Program-made: the position numbers and the translations under genes
Notes under the pieces: generated by a model
Database searches by the model: none
What the model was told of the DNA's origin: nothing
The model's input: the letters and a program-made list of their open reading frames with translations, nothing else
Assembly: GCA_024704765.1 (NCBI GenBank)
Contig: JAKMXF010000350.1
Coordinates: forward strand, 38,913 to 102,912
Origin: Oopsacas minuta
Lineage: Eukaryota > Animalia > Porifera
Reading direction: 5' to 3'
DNA length: 64,000 bases
Part shown: positions 23,964 through 35,442 of the stretch, piece after piece
Numbering within the stretch: the stretch's first letter is position 1
Layout: each line of letters opens with the position of its first letter

Positions 23964-24509
23964 CTATGGCGCGCGTCTCTTAGTCTGTGTGGCGATCCAC
24001 TCTAGACCGTTGTATAACCCCTCCCCCGTGAGAGCGCAGCAGCTCTGAATGTGCCATATACGGTCCTTGAGAGAGGTGAGGTTGAGATACTTTGATATTT
24101 CTGTAGCACTCATAGCATCAGAGAGATCCTGTTTGTTAGCGAATACAAGAAGTCTAGCTTTCTTCAGTTCTTCATTCTGTATCATGCTGTGTAGTTCTTC
24201 CTTCGTTACAGGCAGTCTCTCCCTGTCTGTGCTGTCCACTACCAGAATTATTATTTCAGCATTAGAGTAGTATGATCCCCACGAGGACCGGATAGCATCC
24301 TGTCCCCCGATATCCCACATTATGAATTTAGTATTATTCCATAGAATCTCCTCTACATTGCTGCCTATTGTGGGAGATGTGTGTACTACTTCATTTGTGA
24401 GGAATTGGTATAAGATGGTTGTCTTTCCAGCATTATCTAGTCCCACTATAATAACTTTATGATTCTCATTACCGAATAGACTCCAAAGCTTGCTCCATAA
24501 CAATCCCAT
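23964..24509 (-). CDS. ARL5: ADP-ribosylation factor-like GTPase ARL5
   Basis: [36 protein letters not shown]...WDIGGQ...NKQD...CALTGEGL gives near-collinear identity to ARL5A/B as recalled. The start is taken at the Met-Gly myristoylation site, not at the 23-aa upstream extension of the ORF. Confidence 0.85.
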   Translation of the reverse strand: MGLLWSKLWSLFGNENHKVIIVGLDNAGKTTILYQFLTNEVVHTSPTIGSNVEEILWNNTKFIMWDIGGQDAIRSSWGSYYSNAEIIILVVDSTDRERLPVTKEELHSMIQNEELKKARLLVFANKQDLSDAMSATEISKYLNLTSLKDRIWHIQSCCALTGEGLYNGLEWIATQTKRRAP

Positions 24510-25393
24510 ATCTTGAATATCTATTGTGTTACTATGATTAATAAACAAATAAATAATTAATACAAACGATGATACCATACCTAGTGTTAAAATTGTTGCA
24601 ATACGTATTATAACAGATACAAAACCAAGTAATACGAATAAATAAATCTATGAGATTGTCATCAAGTTATATTTAATTTATAATCCTAATTACAGACACA
24701 ACACTAGCCTCATTATATATTTACAATAAATATTATGTATTCTATATTATACAAATGTCTAAATTCAAATTGTGATCAAGAAAGTTTGAATAGAAGTTAT
24801 AGAGATAATTCTTAAATAAGTGATAATTCTGCATGTAACCTGCAGCACCACAGGGTTGAGCACAGGGGCGGTCCCAGGATTTTGCATAGACCGAGGTAAG
24901 GCCGAAGCAAAGATTTCAAACCCGGAGAAAAATCTTATTATATAATGGGCAGTGGTGGCCTGAGGATCTGGTAAAACCGGGGCAAATCTCTCTCATACAG
25001 GGACATAACTAAACCCGCATTAACTGGTGCGACAGCAAAGAAGCGGGATTAGCTATATTAGTACGGTAATATAAGTAGTGTATGAAAATTGGTGGCACAA
25101 CATTAATTTCCCCTCTGCTTACTTATCTGCTGTCATATATATAATTGATAATTCGTAATAAAATAAACATTTGTGCTTGTGCATTAGTAATATTGATTAC
25201 ACATGTTAATTAATTATAGATCTTAAATATATTTGCAATAATGTACTCAATTATTATTATACTATTTCCTGGGAATACTTCCTCCCTCATTAATTAATAC
25301 CCCAATCAACAAAGAATGTTACAATATATGGATTATATGCGAATACGTATTTTTTTGCATTCCTAAATACATACGTATACTATTTCCCTACAG

Positions 25394-25557
25394 ATCCATA
25401 CATCTGGTGAAGAGGATGTACTAGAGGGGAGGAAACAAGTACAACACTCTATTCCTAAAGATGGACCACTTAAGTTTTCTATTCAAGGAGGAACAGATAC
25501 GGTACATGGTGGTAGAGTATTAATCTCACATATCCAGGAGGGAGGAGTAGCTCATAA
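25394..25557 (+). CDS. PDZ-domain gene, internal exon (N-terminal half of PDZ fold)
   Basis: Acceptor ttccctacag|ATC. The exon translates to ...PLKFSIQGGTDTVHGGRVLISHIQEGGVAH and ends at donor AA|GTAAGA in phase 2. Confidence 0.55.
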
Positions 25558-25854
25558 GTAAGATATGTTCCTTGTAATTAAATAATTATATGATTACTGT
25601 CAAATTCACAGAATGTAGGCTTAAATATATATCGTATTTCGCTGAATTTGAATAAGCGCCTCCCAAAGTAGTGGAAAAAATTGTTATTCTAAATATCACG
25701 AAAATTTTTAAACCTAAAACTCGCCACGAAAAACTAGCCCAGGGTCGCTTATTCAGGCCAATACGGTATGTATCATCTATGTCTGGACATGTATCCTTTC
25801 ATGGAATAATTGCCCACTTTAGCGGAGTGACTTTATGCTATAATATTTCTTTAG

Positions 25855-26006
25855 ATATGGACAAATACACGTAGGGGATCAGATTTTGAAAGTAGATGGA
25901 GAGAGTTTATTAGGAGTTACTCATGAACAAGCTGCTATGGCGATAAAAACAGCGATGGCTTCTAAATCCCCAACTCTCAATCTTCTGCTAGCTCAAATAC
26001 CAGAAG
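25855..26006 (+). CDS. PDZ-domain gene, next exon (C-terminal half of PDZ fold)
   Basis: Acceptor tttctttag|A completes the Lys codon. The exon translates to YGQIHVGDQILKVDGESLLGVTHEQAAMAIKTA. Joined to the previous exon, this gives the classic PDZ motif GGVAHKYGQIHVGDQILKVDG. The exon ends at donor G|GTCGTA. The exons further upstream and downstream were not resolved. Confidence 0.55.
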
Positions 26007-27646
26007 GTCGTACGTAATTACACTTATTCCCGTTATAATAAAGTCAGATATAACGACGCCATGCTCAGGGAGTACTTCCATCTAATTGCATTACAAAAAC
26101 TTCGTATATACCAAAATGGATATAACGAATTTCCGCTTATAACTATGTGATTTATAATATCCCATATAAGTATTTAGTTAGAATTTTACTCCCACAGTCC
26201 AGCTACGTACAACATGCAGAGGTACGGAGCACTTTGTTATATTCGGGTTCACTGTACAGAGCCGGTATGGCAGGTTTGGCCATGGCCTGACCATTATTTA
26301 TTGCCGAACCTAGAAAATCTGCATCCGTCGGGTCTGCTAAATCTAGAGCTAGGATATATTCTGATATATTACTGGATGTTGTAATTGTGTAGGTAAAGAT
26401 GGCCAATCTTCCAACGTGCTTTCTCAGATATAAAGCAACTATGTATCACTTATAGAATTCCAGAATACTTACTACCCTAACATTATATATTTATATATTC
26501 TATTTTCACTTTTTAAAGATTTGCTTTTATATACACGTGGTCCTGACTAGAAATTACGCAAGATTGGTAACCAAGGAAGAGGTACTAGCAGAAATTGAAA
26601 TACAGAATATCTGCGTCGCATACGTATGCAAATATCTACATTTGCTGATCTGAACCTATCTATTCTGAATAAACTAGGATTCATGAAATTGTGAAAGGGA
26701 TTCTGCAACTAATCGTCATAATATTAATAGTGAGCAAGATACGTATGTAAACTGACTGCGTAGTCATTTTAGAATCATTGATTGGGTCATGAATTAAATC
26801 ATGAACCACAAAGAAAGTAGTCAAAACACATCGAAGTGATATCGTAGTCCATCAGGATATAAGACGAGAATAATAGACTGATATACGATCAATTAACTAA
26901 ACAATTATATCTCTGGTAAAACACATTTGTTAGTTTAATAAATCAGATACACAATGAATTATTTCTCAACAGAAAACAGTCAACAAATTAAGGTGGTTTG
27001 GTGGAGATATCACCAAAAATTATCTAATAACTCTTGCAGTGTATTAAATAAATTTGTGAGCGCAAACACAGAGAATTTATCTCGCGCGGCGTATATAGGG
27101 TAAATCTCTTATACCAGGTACACGCTTACCGAAACATTTGCTTGTAAGTATAGATTTTAACTCGTACTAGCAAGTGAGGTGGCATCGAAGATGAAAGTAT
27201 GTCTCTGTTATTTCCCTAAATTGAAAGATTTTGAATTAATTTTGTCATTAACCCAACAATAAATCAATTGATCGCCTAACGGATAAATTATCAAAGTCAC
27301 TCTTACACAAAAATGTAATTAATTTCATCACTAGAGGGTGAATCTGTTAAACTATTTATAGTTCAACAAATTGTATTAATTTATGAATTAGTGTTAGTGT
27401 TGGGTCTAGTAAATTAAATATCAGATTTCTCTTACTAATATTGTAGATGGTAATTATATACTATCAGGGTAAAGTTCAACATAAGGCGGGCTACTATTTC
27501 AAAGTATTGGGAGTTGCTTGAATTCTCAACCTCGTGTGATATAGTATTTGTGAGCTAATCAATACCCATCACCCCAGGAGTACTACATAGGAATGTCAAT
27601 AATTTCCAGTCTAAAAAGAATAGCATAACTATCTCCCTAACAACGG

Positions 27647-28960
27647 TTATACAATTTCCATATCTCCTGAAGAATTCTGGCTCTCAACTTTATCAGGAAC
27701 GATTAGAAATTTTCTAATAATAGGTGAAATGCTGTGATGTCTCTTTTTGTCTGTCAGTCTAGTTAATGCCTGTCTCTGATCAGCAGCCATATCGTGACTG
27801 TATGTCTGTACTAATACAAGCAGACACTGATGCCATAACACAGGCAATGAGTGTTGATTTGTATCAAACCTGATGAAGTAATTCACGAGGCTATCTAACA
27901 CACGATAAGGTAGACAGTATTGTTTGTTGATTAGTACTCTCATAAACACACTAACTGGTCCTGAGTAGTGAACGGTCTCTGCTAGCTTCATGAGACAGGC
28001 CCCGGAGTGTAGGACAGGAATACTGGTCTTGACAAGTAAGCTAGATATGATGCATGCTTCTCTCAGGGAGCAGCCCTCAGTAGTAGCCAGAGGAAGGAGG
28101 ATTGATTTGAAGAAGGCTGCTGGTTTGAAAAGAGACTTCTTAAGTGCAGCATACAGATGGTAATTAAGCTTCCCAAACTCTGTGATATCATCTCTAATCC
28201 TGGGTAGTAGCACTAGTCTATAGAAACGCTCTACTCGAGAAGGAACAGCATTAGAAGCGAAGAGACGAGTAGCTTGATACACAGTTGCTGCTGTCCAGTT
28301 ATCAGGCTCTGTCAGTAGTAAAATCTCTTCCCATCTCTGTAGCCGGGGCAGTGCTTTGAATGCTTTAGGTATCTTCCCAGCTCTGTACTCAGATAGAATA
28401 ACACCAACCTTCTTGAACAGAGATACTACAGGTGCGTCTAGACTCAGACCTGTACTAGCACCTGACATATGAGATCTAACATCAGAGAGCTCCCCCCGCT
28501 TCTCCTTGAGAGCATGCTCAATCAGATCAGATATCTTATAGCGCCCTACTCCCTCAGCTGGTAGGAACTTATCTATAGAGTCAGCGTCCTGTTTACCTAA
28601 CTCCTTCTCTAGGGTTCTAGCTTCTCTTACTGATTGTTCGTAGTTTTCATCTATGTCAGACCCTGAGTCTGATGATGTATCTGAATCAAGATTAGCTGTG
28701 TGTACGAGTGAAGGAGCAGGTAGTCTGTCAGGTGGGTGTGGGAGGTGTTCTTCCATTAGCTCCTGTTGCTGTTCACGAGCTAGTCTTAAGATCTTGCTAG
28801 ACATAGAGGGAGCTACAGCTACTGGCTCTGCTGTATCACCTAGAGGGACAAGTTCTGGAGAAGGTGACTTTTTCTTTGCTCTGTCTGTACTGAGGATCTG
28901 CTTGGTTAGTGTCTCTCTGCGCTCTTTGTAACTTCTCTTGATTTTCTTAGTTTTACCCAT
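27647..28960 (-). CDS. BYSL: Bystin (BYSL/Enp1, 40S ribosome biogenesis factor)
   Basis: 437-aa single exon. The segment KIPKAFKALPRLQRWEEILLLTEPDNWTAATVYQATRLFASN...LPVLWHQCLLVLVQ is collinear with the human bystin domain as recalled. Confidence 0.85.
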   Translation of the reverse strand: MGKTKKIKRSYKERRETLTKQILSTDRAKKKSPSPELVPLGDTAEPVAVAPSMSSKILRLAREQQQELMEEHLPHPPDRLPAPSLVHTANLDSDTSSDSGSDIDENYEQSVREARTLEKELGKQDADSIDKFLPAEGVGRYKISDLIEHALKEKRGELSDVRSHMSGASTGLSLDAPVVSLFKKVGVILSEYRAGKIPKAFKALPRLQRWEEILLLTEPDNWTAATVYQATRLFASNAVPSRVERFYRLVLLPRIRDDITEFGKLNYHLYAALKKSLFKPAAFFKSILLPLATTEGCSLREACIISSLLVKTSIPVLHSGACLMKLAETVHYSGPVSVFMRVLINKQYCLPYRVLDSLVNYFIRFDTNQHSLPVLWHQCLLVLVQTYSHDMAADQRQALTRLTDKKRHHSISPIIRKFLIVPDKVESQNSSGDMEIV

Positions 28961-30717
28961 CTTATAATTCTAAGAATTCTACTGATTGCATACAAATTAT
29001 AATTTAGCATCTATCCATGAGTACAGGTGGGTCCTAACAATTAATTAATTAAACTCCCAATTGACAAATATTCCTAAAGCTTAACGGTGCAGGACACCAA
29101 TTCAAAGTTTGCTGAAAGTTGTTTTTCTGGCAAGATGGCACCAAAAGCAACCTTTTTGCTTTTAGACCTAAGCGATCAGACTCATGGTTTCGAGATTCAG
29201 TAGAATCTTGTTATGCGTACACCAGCGGACCTTCGATATTTGTACTTCCTATCCGGAGTACGTATTAAGCGTATTAATCGGAGTAATGCAGGGACTAGAT
29301 TTTGTGTACATATTTTGTTCGTATTAAAAGTGTAATCATACTAACAAGGTTCTATAATGTGGCAAAGATTTCGCCTAGTTAGGGACTCAGGGTCTGTGCT
29401 AGCTATAAAACAGTTTATAAGAGGTCCAATCTTCTAGAACTGTAGTGTTAAGTGTGACTTTAAGGTAACCCGTAACAGAGCAGCTGTTAATAACATGTTT
29501 CATAGACCCGAACCTATAACTTTCCTTATGCTGGTCATCATACCGTTTTTACGGTTTATTGCAAAATATAGACAAGTGAGGAAAATAGTTTCGATGAAAA
29601 TATTGCCCTGACATAACATTGAGTAGTAAATTAAAATAATTTTCAAGAATAATTCGAATTTTTAAAATTTCATAATACAAGCTATCGCTACAAATGCTGA
29701 TCACTTGGGGTGTATGATGTTTCAGCCCATAAAGTCACAGGTAATGATGCATCTGGATATTTGAGCGATTGGTTTTCATAACCATTACGAATTTCATTAT
29801 CTAGTGACATTTTCATAGGTAAATTACTTTGATTAGAGGTGAGGAATTTGATAGTTTGCATGTTGTACGTAGTAAAATAGCTATTTCTATGCACTGGCGT
29901 AGTCAGGGCTAATATTTTGGTATGGTCACTGGTGGTCAAGGTTAGAATTCTTCCACACTCATCGTAAATTTAATGTTACAATATTCGAACAAACACGTCT
30001 GAAGGAAGTTTCTGATAGTGGAACTAGTTCAGTAAATGGGACCCTATACCCTAGTAGAACTGTACAAGTAAAATACGAGAATAAATCGATATATCATCCA
30101 GGGGTATAGCTACTGGCGGGGGAACTTTGGAGCCCTGCATTTACATTTTTCGGGGTCGCGGCCCCCCTTAAACTAACCCTGATGGATTTTATTTCGGATT
30201 TTAGCAATGGTGGATCTAGACAGTTTCCAAACCTCCTTTGGCTACCGAATGGAGTGAAGTTCCCTATCAGCAACTTGCTTTTAGGTTTATCACTTGAATT
30301 ACAGACTTGTACTTCTCCCTGTCTCCCAGATTTCAAAGCCACATGGCGCAGAGTCTAGACTCTAGAACATCTCTTCATAACACCCCTTAGATATTAAGTG
30401 AAATATTTAACTACAAAGCATTGGAAGCAATTACAACTGATTCTGGTTAACCTTAACACCACTAAGGGACCGTTAAATTAGTGATATACAGTAATTATAG
30501 AATTACATATCAATACACAGTTTTAATATATGAGTACTATAATATCGAAATCTACATACATTTAGTAATTTCTAATTATGAAAATAATTTCGTAACAAAC
30601 TAATAGAAATCTACCAAAATTAGACAATCTGTTGACTATATGACCTAAAGGGGCTAATACAGAGATATAATTAATTAACACACAAACCACACTGAGTGTT
30701 CTAGCTATATGAGGAGT

Positions 30718-33285
30718 CTATGCGTCTTCAGGGGCGTGCAGTGCTGGAGCACCGCCGACTAGGCCTTGAGCTGTGTTGAAGAGATTTATAGGGTTAGTAC
30801 CGTCTGTAATGAGGGTGGATTTCAGGCCGAGGGACTGTAGCAACTTAACCTGCATCTCTGGTCCCGATACAGCAATCGCACGGATAGTATCAGATCCTAT
30901 TGCTCCTACCATATTCTTGAACTTGTCTGTCTCAATCGCTGCCATATCTCTAGCCTTGGTAATCTCTAGTTCGTTCTGCTCCTTCACCCACTTGGCGTCA
31001 GCTTCTCGTTCCTGTGTGAGTCTGTTTAGTTCGGACTCATGCTCGATGTTAGAAGCCTGAGCCTTGAGTCTAGCCTGTTCTACTGAAGCTTCTCCCTCTA
31101 TCCTAGCAGATTCTGCTCGAGACTGAGCCTCAGCCTTAGCTTGTCCTGTAGACTCTACAGCAGCACTCTGAGCTTGTAGCTCCAACAGTTCCCTTCTTGA
31201 CTTCTCAGCCTCAGACTCATCAGTGATCTTCTGACGCTCCAGTCTACCTCTGGCCTCCTGCTCTACACGCTCTGCTTCATGCTTAGCTGCTGCTTCCTGA
31301 GAGTTAGTAGTGATCTCTATAGCCAGCTGTACTGACTTCTGTAGCGAATCCTTTGTACGCTGATCTACTGGCTCTACTGACTGGATATCAATAGAGGTGA
31401 TTACGAGCTGATTCTGAGGGAAGTTGAACTTCTCACGCACTTTCATGTTAGCATCTAGACCGAATACAGATGACCTAATAATCTTAGCAGAGTTCTTATG
31501 GAAATCATCGAACTGTACCCCCGCTACATTTCCTCGGATACGAGAGGCTATAGCTTTACAAGCATCCCCTACGAAATCTGGCACTGAGAATAAATTAGCA
31601 GCTTCTACAGGGTCCGCCTTGTCCTCTACTTCAAATCTCCAATTATATGCTAGTTGTAGTTGTAGACGAGCGTGATCAGCTGTTTCGATTACAATGACGT
31701 CAGTACAGAAATCGGGTCCCAGCAATAGACACAGAGATTTGATTACATTAGGCTTCTTAGGCTTTCCTCCTGACAGGGATAGCTGAGTAAACTGTTCGTC
31801 TGGTCCCAGCATCACCAGATCAGGACCGAATATGACACGGGCTCGCTTCTCCTTATAGTCATAGATCTGTACACATGCGTTATGAGGTACACGATAGGCT
31901 ACCACTTTAGTCTTGTCACGCTTAGTGGTGGGTGCAGTGGGCTTGTCACCACGGTTAGCTAAAGGGTCTCTATGCTCAGAGAGTAGACCCTCAACACCTG
32001 GGGGCAGTTCCTTCGACCACATCTCCTCGTCTTGATCCATCATGTAGGTCTGACCACAGACAGCTCGTACTTTACCAGTCTTAATGTTCCGCACATATAT
32101 TCCCTCATTCTCATCTAGAGGGATAGCCTTACGTCTGGATACAACCTCAACCTCTACACAGGGTACGTACTCAGCTGGACCACGGATCATCCATCTGTCT
32201 CCTGGTCTCCTCAATACCTCTGCTTCAGCATCTTGGAATATTTCTAGTGCTCTAAGGATCAACCCCTCATCTTCGCCCAGGATATACATGTTCTGTATTC
32301 CTTTCTCTAGTCTCTCACCTGGCTCCAGGAAGAAGGACTTCTCTCCCTTTACTAGTTTGCGCTGTCCCAGTTGAGGCTTCCCATTCTCCCCTACAGGATC
32401 TAGAATCACACAGTACTGCCTACTAGTTAGTGTAGTGATGTCTACTACACCCACAACCTCCTCATACACCCCTGGGATGTGTGCTTCTGTATCCTCCATA
32501 CGGATAAGCCATTCCTCTCCGTTCTTACGTGTCACACCCTTATCGTCCTCAAATGTGCGGGTAGATCGCATATGTAGAGCTACTTTCTCAGTCAGGACGT
32601 ATGCATCTACGATTTCAACTACTTCCTCATTAGCTACAGGCAGATAAGCTCCTATCTTCTTCACCAACCATTCTTCCCCTGTAACGCGGAAATGACCCCC
32701 TCTGTCGTCAGTCTCCCTGCGAGCTCTCAGCTTCAGAGCTTGATTGGGTTTGATAACTGTCGCACGGATGGTTTCCTCGATCTCAACCTCCTTCTTGGGT
32801 ATGTAAGTACCAGGACCCTCAAACAACCACTCATCTCCAGCAACTCTCTTCTTGCTCTGTTCCTCATCCACGAAATCTAGTGTAGCACGTAGACGTAGCG
32901 CAGTGTTAGCCTGTACTACTCTCAGTGTAGTAACGCCCCCTTTCAAACCTTCTCCCGGGTATAGAGGGAAAGGATCCTGAGCCAATCGTACCTCTAAGTC
33001 AGCATGATACAATTTTATCTCTCCGCTCTTGTCTGTCATTACGTTACCCTTATCGTCACGCATCACGGGGTTCTCTACGATACAGTAGTGTCTGGGAGGT
33101 ACCATTATCATCTTCTCAGGGCCTAATATGACCTTCTCATTGTCCTGTCGAACGTATGTGAGCGGACCGGTTACAACTCGTGTTACGTTAGTGTTGTAGT
33201 CCAGAACATGGAGGTAGTAGTTGGGAGGAATACGGAAGATACTCTCTCCGTCTCCATCAGCACGACGAGGGGGAGCTCGGGACAT
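30718..33285 (-). CDS. MVP: Major vault protein (vault ribonucleoprotein shell)
   Basis: 855-aa single exon. It aligns along its full length to vertebrate MVP as recalled: [79 protein letters not shown]. Confidence 0.9.
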   Translation of the reverse strand: MSRAPPRRADGDGESIFRIPPNYYLHVLDYNTNVTRVVTGPLTYVRQDNEKVILGPEKMIMVPPRHYCIVENPVMRDDKGNVMTDKSGEIKLYHADLEVRLAQDPFPLYPGEGLKGGVTTLRVVQANTALRLRATLDFVDEEQSKKRVAGDEWLFEGPGTYIPKKEVEIEETIRATVIKPNQALKLRARRETDDRGGHFRVTGEEWLVKKIGAYLPVANEEVVEIVDAYVLTEKVALHMRSTRTFEDDKGVTRKNGEEWLIRMEDTEAHIPGVYEEVVGVVDITTLTSRQYCVILDPVGENGKPQLGQRKLVKGEKSFFLEPGERLEKGIQNMYILGEDEGLILRALEIFQDAEAEVLRRPGDRWMIRGPAEYVPCVEVEVVSRRKAIPLDENEGIYVRNIKTGKVRAVCGQTYMMDQDEEMWSKELPPGVEGLLSEHRDPLANRGDKPTAPTTKRDKTKVVAYRVPHNACVQIYDYKEKRARVIFGPDLVMLGPDEQFTQLSLSGGKPKKPNVIKSLCLLLGPDFCTDVIVIETADHARLQLQLAYNWRFEVEDKADPVEAANLFSVPDFVGDACKAIASRIRGNVAGVQFDDFHKNSAKIIRSSVFGLDANMKVREKFNFPQNQLVITSIDIQSVEPVDQRTKDSLQKSVQLAIEITTNSQEAAAKHEAERVEQEARGRLERQKITDESEAEKSRRELLELQAQSAAVESTGQAKAEAQSRAESARIEGEASVEQARLKAQASNIEHESELNRLTQEREADAKWVKEQNELEITKARDMAAIETDKFKNMVGAIGSDTIRAIAVSGPEMQVKLLQSLGLKSTLITDGTNPINLFNTAQGLVGGAPALHAPEDA

Positions 33286-35442
33286 ATTCTAACTTTTGAA
33301 TATCTATAGAATAAGATTATTATAAACAGTACAGTAAACTCACGTTATATCGAAGTACAAGGGACCGCGATAATTACTTCGATAGATGCCGAGTTAGATA
33401 TAACCAATAAGCTTAGGTTTGGGCGCTTGGGACCATATATTTGTACAATTTCACATTTAAACAGGGTTCAAGTTATCCGGTTCGATCAACGGAGGATATA
33501 ACTAGGCATAAATACAGCACAAAGCTGTAAGAAATAGAAACACTACCTATATCAACTTGAAAGTTTTCCTAAATTGTATAATAGAATAATTACCTGGAAA
33601 ATTGTAGTTGGGAATAGTTTCGGAAGAAAAAGCAAATGAACTAATAAATGTAATCAGACTATAAAGTTGAACTATAAATACTCGGGAAGATGAGACTAAT
33701 TTTAGGTTCAATCACAAAGTATCAAATAGCTAGGAATATTCTAGTTCATTATATGTCATAGAAGTTCGTATCAGTTACAAATGAGTTAGAAGAACTAAAA
33801 TTAAACTGTGAATGAGAAGAGGCTGCTTTTAGAATTGTGGTACGAAGCAGAAATAATGTAATCGAGAACTCATTTTATTTTCTTGAGCTAAAATTAGCAA
33901 TAAAACTATTACACAAACATCTAATTTCCTGGTCCTGTTTTCATAATATTCCTAGATAGTGGATTATTATGGATCTCTCCCAGTTATTGCAATCTAAGGC
34001 GCTCTTTAAGCCAATTATACACGATGCAACAAAGTTGCATTCAAAAATTAACATACACGATGTATGTTGGGCTTTACAAATAGAGATTAGAGGTGAGTAA
34101 GTACTTGCGGTTAAGTTAGTTCTTTGCTTATTGGGGATAGATCTAAATAGATTTAGGATAATTATATAATATAATACTCTATTGTAACTATGCAGTGCTC
34201 CCATAGGCTCCTAATAGAAATAATGTATTTGAATACATTGTGTAAGTGTGTAAGAGGCCATAAAAAATCATAATTCATATGGGAATCCTACGGGATATCT
34301 TGGAGAATTCCAATAGAAATTCTTGCCTGTCAAAGAAGGCAGCATTTTGACATTTGATATTCGACGGTTTGTATATTAATATGAGGGGCTTTGTATATGA
34401 ATTATACTTTGCATACGTCTTAATATTCGTTACTCTAGTAAAATAGCTTGGCAAAACTCGGTTGTTTTACACATTATAAATTGAAAATACTAAAATTACT
34501 TAAATATCCTCCTAAGAAACCTAAAAAACCTCAAGTTTTACTTAACCACCATCTACTACCCTCCTAGGGTAACTAATCCTAAATATTTGTGAAACGAAAT
34601 ATCAACACAAACCAAATAACATCTCATCAACTCTTTACCTTGGTAGCAGACACTGTTAATAAAAATACGGTCAACTCCCGTTAAATCGAACACGAATATA
34701 TCGAAATACCCGCTTATTGTACGAATAAGGTCACAAACCTTTACATTTCATTGGTTATATCGAAGTAATTATCCCAGTACCTTGAGCTTCGATAATAACG
34801 ATATAACGGGCGTTGATTGAAAGTCACAGCAATACATCATTATGACAATATCATGTACTTAACTATCTATTCATCATTAATAGCGTGTAACTTTACACAA
34901 ATCTTCGTATAAATTAATTAATTCTGATAACAACCAATTTCTTAGAAATCTGACTCTCTCAGTAATTCAATTGCAAATGAAATATTAGCTTTATACAGTT
35001 TTGTAAAATAACAATTACGTAATAGATACACACTCTGGTTAATTTTGACCATGTGGAGTCATTTTAAAACAATAATATATACCTGCAGATGTTTTGTTCG
35101 GATTAGCGAGAGTTTGAATTAAAGAGATGAGGTGTAAGCACTACTGACCCTAACATTGTCTTGAATACGTTAATTGTTATGGTAAACCTCACGATCATAT
35201 ATTGAATGGTTTAGAATTCATGATTACAAAAGTTGAAATTGCAATGGATATGAACCATCTCCTTACACCCCATTCACCCCCGCCCCGCCCCCTAGTTACG
35301 CCCCTACTATGGTTATACGTACTATGGCTAAGAAGTTGAATATCTACCCTAAAATTCTATTTTATTTACGTTATTAAGTATAAATAACAACAAATATACA
35401 TCTAATAAGTAATTGTAACACTACAAAGTCGTAGAATCGCTG

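Noticed and set aside
30773-32880. Several 60-100-aa ORFs on the plus strand inside the MVP gene (30773-31060, 31424-31675, 32084-32374, 32435-32647, 32692-32880)
   Set aside because: They lie antisense to a strongly supported conserved CDS. Their composition is Ser/Thr/Pro-rich and low in complexity, which is typical of shadow ORFs.
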